Of a stretch of 64,000 nucleotides of DNA, positions 39,489 to 52,743 are shown piece after piece. The DNA is from Podospora anserina. Its lineage: Eukaryota. How positions within the stretch are numbered: the stretch's first letter is position 1; each line of letters opens with the position of its first letter. Below the pieces are notes generated by a model. It had not been told where the DNA came from. It saw nothing but the letters and a program-made list of their open reading frames with translations, and did not search any database. The position numbers and the translations under genes are program-made. The stretch spans positions 558,001 through 622,000 of the forward strand of contig CM030333.1 in NCBI GenBank assembly GCA_017654855.1, written 5' to 3'.

Positions 39489-41179
39489 TCACCTTCCATA
39501 ACCCCCCTGAAACCAACTCCTCCCACCTTGTCCCCCTTGCTGTCCCTCACCACCCTGGCCCTGTGGCCTCTCATCAGGAGTATAAAATCTCTCATCCGCC
39601 AGACTCATCGGGCTCAACTGCCCAGGATCACTCCCATAAAGCTCAAACCTCGCACTATCACTCCTCTGAACTCCCCCCCCTTGCCCAACATCACTCTCCG
39701 TAACCCCACTCACACTCCCTATCCCCGTCCCCCCCGTAGCCGTCGTCGCCTGCCTCCTAACACCCCCCTCGGCAATCTCCACAGGCCGCTGTATCTCCCC
39801 GGGATCATTAGGCATAACCGGCACCCCCTGCCCCGTAAAATTCGCCGACGGCGCCGGAATAGGTGACATCATATTCGGAAAGTAAGCCTGCTGGTCAATC
39901 CCCGGTGTCGTGCTCGCCGACTGAGGATTAGGACTCCCAACATACCCACCACCACCACCGTTGGGGTAATAACCCCCAAGATTATCCGGCGGCGACGGAT
40001 CAGAATACGGCCCTGGCCGCGCCTCAGGACCGGTGTACTCCTGCGTCCCAAACGGTACCCGTCCACTCTGCACCTCCGACGCCGCTGGTCCTCCCCGGCC
40101 GTCTTCCGTCCCGCCAATGAATCGGGGAACTCCAGAAGCGGAAGTCGCAGTCCCAGCTTGGGTGCGGCCTTTGTGTCTGCGGTGCCAGTACCATGTTGCT
40201 GCACCTATTAAGATTCCGGCTGCAATGACGACGCCTACCGCTATGCCGGCTTTGGCGCCGACGGAGAGGTCGTTCGAGACGTTTGCCTCGTTGCGGTCGA
40301 TGGAAGAGATGTCGCTTCCTGTCGGGATGACGGTCGTCATGGCACACACCGGGGAGCCGTCAGACTGGGAACAGGCGAGGGTGTTGGGGCAGCAGCCGCC
40401 TCCTAGACTGCTGGCGCAGGTTATTTGCCCTTGGGTGCAGCCTGACGGGACGGGGGTTAGTAAAGGGGGGGTGGAGGGGGCAATGGTGTTGAGGCATAGG
40501 AAAGAAGTGCCGCAGGTTTGGCCGTGGCGGCAGCAGGCGCCGCCAAAGTCTAGGGGGCAGCCGTAGTAGGAGATTTGAGGGCATTGGCGGCGGCAGCAGG
40601 CGGAGGAGGTGGTGGTTACGGGGGTGTTGGAGCTGGTGCGGGTGACGGTGACGAGGCATTGGTACTTGTCTGCTGCGCAGGGGGAGTCACAGGTCGAGCC
40701 GATGCGGCAGCAGGCGGCTTCGGAGGGGTTGGTGCTGTTGATGATGCAGCTGTTTGGATGTTAGTATATGAGCCGGTGTGTGTAACTGTGGCTCCATGAC
40801 GCCGGACAGGCGCATAGATCCTTTAAAGACCTTTGAACTTTAGGGGAAGACCTACTATTGATTATTCGGACAACAGAATCGTTCTCCTGGAGGCCCCAGC
40901 TCGCCGCCTGTGATATTGTCAGTGATAATGCTTGAGAGAAGACGATGAGAACTTACATGGATGCATATCATCTTGAGGGCATCCAACCTGCCTCTTCTCC
41001 ATTGGAAATCCCGGTATGGCATAGAAGGCTCGCGGCATCAAGTATCCCTCATGTGGAGGGGATGTTTCGATCGCGGCAAAGCGTTCATGGCTGGTGGTGG
41101 TGGACGGAACAGCAGCGCGGACGTCCCGGACAACGAACATAGCCGCAATGAGTGCCCGCGCAATTATTGAGGTAACCAT
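39489..41179 (-). CDS. Cys-rich type-I membrane protein (signal peptide, CCxxGxxC repeats, single TM, low-complexity tail), ~511 aa
   Basis: Signal-like N-terminus, a KR site, FCCPNNQYC, ACCRIGSTC, GGACCRHGQTC and GGGCCPNTLAC, then TM LSVGAKAGIAVGVVIAAGILIGAATWYWHRR. Introns 40908-40956 and 40750-40855. Confidence 0.8.
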
Positions 41180-42556
41180 CGTGAGAAGGCGCGCAAAGTA
41201 AACTCAGGCTAATTAGATGAGTAAGTAAGGCACTGAGACCATGACTGAGAACATCGCCACCATCAACAACAACGCCGCCGAGGATGGAGAATGGGGTGAA
41301 AGAGCAAAAACTCGAGATGTCAATTCGATAGTTCCATGGTGGTGTAGTCGATGGAAAATCCAACCCGGCCTGGTTTACGAATACATATGCATGTCAGCAG
41401 CACCTCTTCCCAAACCCTTCTCGTAGTTCCCGATCGAGCTGTTTGGTGTGAACACCCCCCATGGAAATAAGGACCCAGATCACCGGCCGGGGTTCTTCAA
41501 TGCCCGTGGACAGGGGTCATGGAGGGGTCTTGAGCGCGATGGAGCTGTCGTTGCTACCCTTCCTCTTCCAGATGAAGATGGTGGCTGTGGGTTGGCCGAC
41601 CGCAGTCACTCCCAGTTGAAGAGCCAATAGTGGCAGAGGATGCACGCCTCCCGTCTTTTGCCCTCCAACCCGGATAGATGGCAATCTATAAAATGGATTT
41701 CCGTAAGGCGGTGCTCGGTAAAGGAATTGTAAATGCAGAAGGAGGAGGCCAACGGCTGCTGGTCTTCACATGCTAGTTTGTTGGTGTTGGTGAAAGCGCC
41801 AAGGGTTACTTCAAGAATGTCAGCAAAGTTGAGCTTCCGACGGGGATCTCCAAGCGTGGTGTATGGTTCGCTGATACAAGGTGAGAGCATGCCGTAAGGT
41901 GAGAGCTCACACCTCACCTCAGACGAACCATAGGTAACCCAAGTCGAAAAAGGGTCCTATTTGTGAGAGCATATTGGCGGGGCTCTAGGATGATTAGAGA
42001 GATAATGGGGGTCGTGGTTGTTCGAATCCCATGGACGAGAGTGGTCACTGTAAAGATGTTATGTCGTTATCCTCATCCAAACACCCATTCCTGCCTCGTC
42101 TCTCGGCGTAAGAACGCACCGAGTGGCCGTGAAATCCATCATGAAATCAACGACATCACTGATCTCCAGATATGAATTAAGGTTCTGGGGCACCCCAAGG
42201 GCACGGTGCTGTCAAAATATAGTGCGGGCCCCCAGCGGGGTACCCCAGCGCTAGCAGCTGGCGATTGCTATACCGCATAGGACAGCCCCGTTAAGTGCGA
42301 TTTCGGCGTGGCTGCCCCGCGCACTAGGGCCAGATACCGACAAACTGAGCCGGGGAACCCCTCCGCCGCCCACCCCCCGTCCCAGCATCAACACCGCACA
42401 TCCAGCCAACGACGGGCGTCTTCAAAGGGGTCACTGCAACAAAGTTGAATGCCGCACTGCCGCAGCTTGACGTAGTGGGCTCCTTTTCCACATACTCCAC
42501 CCACACAACCGAAACTCGATAAACCGATTACCCATTCCACGATAGCCGTCGCCAGC

Positions 42557-44989
<2,433 letters not shown>

Positions 44990-45595
44990 TTATTGCATAT
45001 TAATAGAATTCTGATATTTCCGCGGATGGAGAAGATCAACATTATTTCTTCCGTTTCTCTTTGTTTTGCTGTGCATTTGCTGAGAAGGATTGCTGTTTGT
45101 CTGTTGCTTTGTGGAATTCCCATCACTTGACGGCTGGGGTTGGAGGACGAATTGTATCATTCCAGTTAGCTGGATCTGTGTGTTTGATACCTGTCTGTAG
45201 TCGATATCGGGGCTGTGCCCCCTATCTGTATCATCGACATGCAATGCCGGTAAGGCCGCACCCGCCTCATAGGCAAGCATGTTGAGGTGGACCCATGGGG
45301 GCACAGGCTGCTGTTTTAGCTTCACAGCATGTGTTGTGTGAAGGAGCCTCTCCAATCATCTCCAATTACGGCTCTTACAACTCGTGGCCCTGTCATATGG
45401 AAAGCGAACCGACGAATCGGATGTCACCATGTTAATCTATCCTGTACTTCACACAAGAGCTGAAGCACTACTACCCGTCTCCATAAGGATGATCTGCTCT
45501 AGGTGGAACGATACTTATATCGTGCACCCTCATAAGGCTGGCCATTCTGGCATGAGCCATGATCCAGGCTGACTTCAGCACACTGAGCTGTAACA

Positions 45596-47838
45596 ATGGC
45601 AACTAACTCACCACGATATGACGGACACCAATACGCACAGGTCTCAGGACCACCGTCGCCGCAAACCACGGCGACAGGAGGGCGCGTTTCCATGGAGCCG
45701 CCGTCAGTGCTCCTTTCACCGCCGAGTCGTTATGCCAGTCCAGTATCACCTTTCCCCCAGACCGAACACCACAAGAAGTCGAGCAATATCACATTCGTTC
45801 CCATCGTCGATACGGACGAAGATCCGCAATATGGCCACACGCCAACGAGAAAACCAGTCACTCGGACTTGGTCGGCAATTGGCAACTAGTGGCCTGAGAT
45901 CGCCAGCTCCTTGCTCAGTCTCTTGTGTGTCCCAGCCCTCGTTATCCTCTTACGCAGCTATGATGACCGCCCGCTCTCAGAGTGGCACCTCATTATCACA
46001 CTCAACACCGTGATTGCTTTCATATCCACCATCTGCCGAATGTCCTTCATTTATCCTCTGGTACAGGCCCTTGCTCAGCAGAGATGGAACTGGTTCAAAA
46101 GCCCTAGGTCTCTAGACGATTTTCGTGTATTTGACGAGGCCTCTAGGGGGTCATTGGGCAGTTTGTTGTTGATGATTAGAATGAAGGGGAGGTAAGCAAT
46201 CATGATTTCACCACGCATGATTGAATGGTGCTGGATATTGACAATATTTGTATGAAGGCCGCTGGGAATTGTCAGCTGTCTCGTCCTCATCACAAGCATC
46301 GCTACCTCGACTCTCACTCAGTCTGTCGTCACTTACCCAAGTCGCATGGTGCCTGTCATGGGCAATGACACGGCTGTTGCGAAAAAAGTTGACGAGTTCT
46401 ACTATGTCTCAGGCAACCGCGCTAGTAAGTAGGATGCCGCTGTTGAGACAGCGTAACTCAGCTAACATGTGGCCAAGATGGACGCTTGTTTCCCCTTCAG
46501 CAAGCCCTACGAAGCAGCGGTTCTACCACACCCACACAACCTGTGCCCTATCTACCACCCACCTGCCGAACTTCCGAGTGCACATGGCCCGAATTCAACA
46601 CCATGGCAGTTTGTGTAAACATGACCAGTGCGTGCGGAGTACAACCCCGAGCAGAAATTCCCAGGCTAATCACTGCGGGCAGATGTCACAAGCCTCCTCA
46701 CCTACGACGACCTAATCCCAGGAACATCCGAGTGGCACAGAGGCGGCAGACCAAGAACAAACGTCAGCCTACCCAACGGAGTCAGCTTCCAGCCCTACCC
46801 CTACAGAAAAGCCGGTCGACAGATCGGTCTCGATGTTGGCATCGGAGCAGGTCTCACCTCCAACTGGTCAGAGCCGCAGCGAGAACAGGAGATTGCCTCC
46901 CTCTCCTTCAACGGAACAGAAGGCCAGAAAGCCGAGCTGACGAGCGTTTTCCTCTTGTATTCTGATCCCATCCGGGCGACAGAGGTGATGTTTCACTACT
47001 GCGTCAACAGATACAACATGTCAATATCGGAAAACGTGCCCAAGATCCAGCTTTTGGAGTCTAGTACAAAGGTCGAGTATCACGATGCTGAACACCCTCA
47101 CATGTACAAAACTCTTGTCGATCCTCAAAACTCGAGTGTGACGTACAAATTCGGGTCGACGTCTAATCACTTTCTTACTGGGATGCTGAGGGATTTTTTC
47201 GTGGAGAATTCCACTGATAGATCGATGATGGGGACGATGAGGGATATGTTTTCTGTGTTGCTGTATCAGCTCCCTTTTTCGAAGGGCAACGACGATAGAG
47301 AGGAGAGGGATGAGCAGGGGTTAGATGATTTTAGGTATGATGTTGTTAGGAATATGTCGTTGAATGTGGCTATGGGGTTGACGAATGTGTATGTTTTTCC
47401 CTCCCTTTATTATTTCCCCCTTTGATCGGCTGGCTGATTTGTACGGATGGCAGTATGTTTGACAGCACGACGCAAGCTGTTTCCAGTCTGGTCAGTGGCA
47501 CGGCTTGGCAGGAGGAGAGGTATATCTCTGTTCGGTGGGAGTGGCTTTCTCTTGTGGCGGCGCAGATTGGGTTGGCGCTGGTGGTTTTGGTGTTGGTCAT
47601 GGTCCAAACTGCGAGGTTGGGGGTGCCGGTGGTGAAGAGCGATATTTTGCCGGCGTTTTTTGCTGTTGGGTTGGCGGAGAGGGCGGAGGCTGAGAGGGGG
47701 CGGGTGAGTGATGTTGGGTTTTCTCCAGAGGTGAAGAAGAACGGGGCGACGCCGGAGGAGAGCTTTGCTTTGATGGGAGAGCTGCAGAAGACGCAGAAGG
47801 GGAAGTGGGTTTTGGAGGGCTTGTATAGGAGGAGGTGA
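45596..47838 (+). CDS. DUF3176-like membrane protein with one in-frame TAG (codon 98); candidate A-to-I-edited gene, or a young pseudogene
   Basis: Introns 46192-46257, 46425-46477, 46628-46682 and 47389-47453 give a 2004-nt frame. Motifs: ITLNTVIAFIST, QQRWNWF, LDDFRVFDEASRGSLGS, CRTSECTWPEFNTMAVC, GTAWQEERYISVRWEWL, PVVKSDILP. Only lesion is TAG at 45887-45889. Confidence 0.8.
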
Positions 47839-48491
47839 TCTTGGGAGTAATAGGGAGAAGTAATGGTAGGTATGAGGGAGCCTTTTTGGAGCTGCCTGAT
47901 GGTTACCTACCTATCGAGTTGATATGCCTTGAGGCTTGTTGACCGTCTTTCAAGACCTATTTAACATGTGATGAGGCCCAGAAAGACGATTGGAAGAATC
48001 TGCGTTGAAGACCTTTCGGTAGCTTCAAGTAGGCCCCTGTATAGTGTCTAAGGTATTTCAACCTCACTGTTACCTAGTATAAAATTGATTGGACAATGGG
48101 ACAAAGGACTTTGAGCCAAAGTCTGGCAGTCGAAGAGAGATGAATGAACCGACCAATGAGCCCACAGACGGCTGCGAACTTCTAATATACATAGCCGAGC
48201 TATGGAAGTGCCTTACTTTATTTTCCGTCTTTTATCTCATACTCAGGCAATATCAAATGTGGCCGATTGTACCTCCTGTTGAGTCACGCCGTTCCACAAA
48301 CTGAAGATATATTTGCTTCGGGGACGTACTTCGCCATCAAGCCGTGAAGTTGTATATCATCACGGATTGGTAAGTAGGTACGCCAGCGTCTTCAGACGTG
48401 ATGATGTCTCCCAACCAAGACACCACGGCACTTAAAAACCCCCTCGGGGCAATTTTTTGGAAACCTGTCAACCTGCAGCACAGTTACCGAT

Positions 48492-50510
48492 ATGGCACAA
48501 AACACTACACCTCATGAGAAAAGTCCCAATATCGACATGATTCATCACGCTTCACTACGGTCGCTAGGCACGATGATGCCTGGCCCGATCGAAGCCTCGT
48601 CCATGGTTTTCCTTCCAGCCAGTCCACATAACAGTCCAGCAACGGTTACATTGTCCGCAAAAAGATCTGTTTCTACACTCCGGACAGCAGTCATTAATTG
48701 GGGGCAGGCACTGACTAGCATTGCTTTTAGTCTTTGCCTGTGGCTTCCCATAATCATCGGTATATTGCACGTTTATGATGGGCGCCCTCTGGCGGACTGG
48801 CTGCTTCCAATCACACTCAACGCCCTTATCGCTTTCATTTCAACTGCCTGTCGGACGGCTTTTATCTTCTCATTAGTGCAGGCTCTCGCTCAGCAACGGT
48901 GGTATTGGTATGAAAGCCCAAGGTCACTTGGCGATTTTAGTGTTTTTATGAGGCTTCGAGAGGAATATGGGGAAGTGTGAGACTGATGGGTACAATGAGA
49001 GGAAGGTAAGAAGCCTACACCAGCCTTAGAATTTGGCATTCCATAACTAACACTTCCTATACAGGCCGCTGAGTAGTATGACATGCCTTGTTTTAGTCAC
49101 AAGTCTTGCGACGTCAACCATGACTTAATCCGCCGTCACTTATCCCGTCCGTTTTATTCATGTTAATGACGTCGAGTCTGCTGTGATTGCGAGATGCATT
49201 GGGTCGAGAAACATGAGGGCATTGAATCCGTAAGCAACACTTCCTAAAGCGGCGGGAATAATACAGTTTTGACCTGGAATAAAGCTATAAATTCAAGCGA
49301 CTTCTCGTGAGCAGCCCTCTAACTCTGTCATCTCATAATTCGGCATCACGAGTACCAATCTGTAAGACCGCAAAATGCACATGGCCCGAGTTCAGTACCA
49401 TGGAGGTCGGCGCGAAAACTGCAGGTAACGAACGGGATAAAACTCAAGCCAGTAAAACCAACCCCCGACGTCTCAGGAACCTTTACCATGGCCGCAGGGA
49501 TCACTGACCCATATTGGTCTCGTTCAAGCCTCTCTTCGCTGTACTTTAATGGGACTGATGAACATAAGGTGCAAATCGCAAGTCTTTTTTGCCCTGGCAG
49601 ATTTGCCGTTCTATCGCGCATACGAAGTCATATTCTACGACTGCGTCAACCGATACCAAGTATCAGTATCTGAAAACATACCAACGACAGAACTGATTTC
49701 GTCAACCGCTCATACAAACGTCGGTGACGGTGGGCAGTGGTTGATCGACAAAGAAGACCCTCTTATCACATACCTGGTTTCCAAAGGCTATAGCACATTC
49801 ACGTCCAAGAACCTGAACGACATCTTCCTCCAAAGCAATGAGTTCGGACAAATGCTATGGGAGTGGTGGTCATACTATAATAATTCAAAAGACGGACAAG
49901 ATTGTACAAGCCAAGAGTTGCATCTTGACTCCGTTATCCATAAAATGTCACAGAATCTTGCTGCTGAGCTCACCAATGAGTATGTCAGACTTTCGCTTCT
50001 CAGCTTCAAGCTTCCCAGCGCAAAAATGATATCGACCTCTACCCACTCATCCGAGCATCTCAGCTAACAATCTTGCATCACAGCCTCCTCGATCCCAGGA
50101 GTGAGGATGTTAGCCTCGCGTTGGGAACAGCATGGCAACAGGAGATCTAGGTCTCAGTCCGTTGAGAGTGGCTTTTACTTATCGCCGCACAGGTTTATCT
50201 ATCTCTCATTGTCCTCATACTGGTCATAATCCAGACATCAGATCTCGGCCTCCCCGTGGTCAAGAGCTCCATCCTGCCTGTTTTCTTTGCTGTTGGAATG
50301 GCCGACAGAACGAAGATAGAGAATGAACATGAGAGAGGAGCTGCCGGATTAGCCACCTCTGGCTTGACAGACGAGGAGAAAGACATTGGCCCGGAAAAGG
50401 CATCTAAACGGGGCAAGAAGATGGACAAAACAACACCCAAAGAAAGCTACGCCTTGCTTGGGGAGCTACAAAAGACACAGAATGGAAAATGGGCTCTCAG
50501 GAGTGTGTAA
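48492..50510 (+). pseudogene. Decayed tandem paralog of the DUF3176-like gene
   Basis: Colinear similarity (ITLNALIAFIST, QQRWYWY, CTWPEFSTM, PVVKSSILPVFFAVG, ELQKTQNGKW). Lesions: 1-nt frameshift at ~48947, TAA 49126-49128, TAG 50148-50150, TGA 50163-50165. Confidence 0.85.
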
Positions 50511-50779
50511 CGGGAAGGCTGACGATAAGCGTTCCACCAGAGCTTCATCTCGATCTAATACAACCAGATATTCTAACAAGACAATCAACAAGGGATGCGA
50601 ACACTAGTATAAATATATACAAAAGGCTGGACAATATATACAATGATAGGCCTTACAGCGCAGCACACATGGAGGATCGATATTAACGAAAGTGAAACAT
50701 CACGTTCTCAGCCCCAAACATTTCTTCTGGGAGATCTATTACTCGTTGCCTTGTCCAGCAAGTTCGACTCTATCCTGCC

Positions 50780-51785
50780 CTAAAGTCTCCCCTCCTCCAA
50801 AACCTCGATCAGTTCATCCAACCTCTCAATCACCAAATCAGTATGCTCATGGTCCACCAAATGTCTATTCACATCATTGACCAACAAGACCGTCTTGGCA
50901 CCCGCCCTCCTCCCAGCAGTGATATCATCCACTGAGTCACCCACCATTATCAACCCACTCGCATCCGCCACCTCCTCTCCCTTCTCCGTATGGAGTAGCT
51001 CCCCCTCTTCTTGCCCCCTCTCGGCAATCTTTTCCTTTTCCTCCGCCTCATCAACGGGAATGCCAGGCTCACCAGTTGACTTCCTCACCAAACCCCAAGA
51101 ACGGGCAATATGGAGAATACCAGCGGGGTCGGGCTTGGGAGGGCGGAAATCACGGGTGACGATGGGGCCAAAGACGGAGGAAGGGAGGAATTTGTCAAGG
51201 AGGTTCTGGACGGGGAGGTCAAAGTTGCGGGTGCAGATTCCTTTGCGGATGGAGCGGGAGTCGAGGTAGGACATTAGGGGGGCGAGGCCGGGTTGGGGGA
51301 CCTGGGTCAGCATGGCTTCGCGTTCTATGGTGCGGATTTTCTCCATGGCGGTGTGTTGGTCTTCGGGGGTGGGGAGGGAGTAGACGTGGTCGAGGATATC
51401 GACTGATTTGGGGATGCCGAGGGCGGAGCGCATGGCGGCGAACATGTAGGTTTGGGGTTCACTAGTTTTATGTTAGTTGGCATGCTTTTGAGGTTGGGGG
51501 GAATGGAAGTGAGAGTGAAATGGTGGGTGAGTGAGACATGATGGGTGGGAGGTATGAGATGTGACAGGTAATATGGGGCAGGCTTCATAAGAGCTAGAGG
51601 TCGAAAGACACAACCTCGAAGTCTGACTCAGGGACTCAAAGCCCAGGCTAGAAACACAAATAAGCTCACCATAGCGTCCCGTCGACATCAAAAACGATGC
51701 CCTCTAGCTTGCGGGTGTTGGGGCTAGGAACAAATGGCTGTTTCAACGGCGCGAATTTCCACGGGGCTGAAGTAACGGCGGACAT
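50780..51785 (-). CDS. HAD-superfamily hydrolase, ~265 aa
   Basis: Motif I IVFDVDGTLC, GICTRN, PKPDPAGILHI, IMVGDSVDDITAGRRAG. Intron 51462-51669. Confidence 0.9.
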
Positions 51786-52743
51786 GATGGGCCAAAATCT
51801 TCGCATCCCACCGTCTGGAAGTTACTTGAAATAAAAGGTGCGGGGTTGCCAACAACCCTATATAAAAGTTGTAAAGAAAGTGAGGGTATCACAATATCGA
51901 TAATTGATGAGGGGCTCGAGTGAGGATCCAATTCGTAAATGCCAAGAGATATAGCTCCAAAAAGATTGATGCTTAAATAAACGGCACAACAAGAGGTTAG
52001 GTACCAAGGATTCGGAATGACGAGAAAAGGCAATCAATCAGCAGCTCAATGTGAAACAGCACTCGTACAAGTCACACTCTGTCAAAAGAAGTCTCACTTG
52101 ACCCCGCGATTTCACCTTTTGCTTGCTCTCAAAGCGTCCGTTCTTCTAGAATGTTTTAGGGCTGGTACGTCACTGGCTGCGATTAGGCGATGGATCACCT
52201 GCGGGCGGCTTGACCAACCGAACAGCGCGCAAAACACCCCGGTCCGGCAGCCCCCATGCACGGCCTGACAGGGCAGTTTTAGCGGGAAGTGGCCGCCTTT
52301 TTCTTTCAAGGATCTGCGGGCAACACAAGGAACCTGCGGCGGGGTGCGACAGGAAGACCAGAGACGGATCGAACGGCGGCGGCAAGCTGAGGCAAGCTGT
52401 GGGTGGTGCTGCTGCCCGCTGCCGGAAGCTGCACCTCAGCTTGATCTGGGAACCTGACCTGCCTGCCCAAGTGGAAGAAGCATCAAAGAAAGGAAACCAG
52501 GAACCAGCAAAAAAACAACCTCCGAATTCCATTGCATACCTCGATTCAAACCACCATCCGAACTCTCTGACGGCGAGGGACCTGTTCTTTTTTCTCCCAC
52601 TCGTGTCCCTTGCATTTCCCCTTTCCAACAACATCAACACGTCTCTCTTTGCGTCTGCGTACTGGAGACTTGTTGTTCTATTCCTAAGCCGCTCACCCCT
52701 AGGTTGTTCGAAGCTTATCTTCAGATTGACTATGAACTGCTAA

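Noticed and set aside
40855-40857. Apparent in-frame TAG in the Cys-rich membrane gene (CAA TAG TAG)
   Set aside because: It spans a splice donor (TA|GTAGGT). Splicing restores TAC (Tyr), so no editing is needed.
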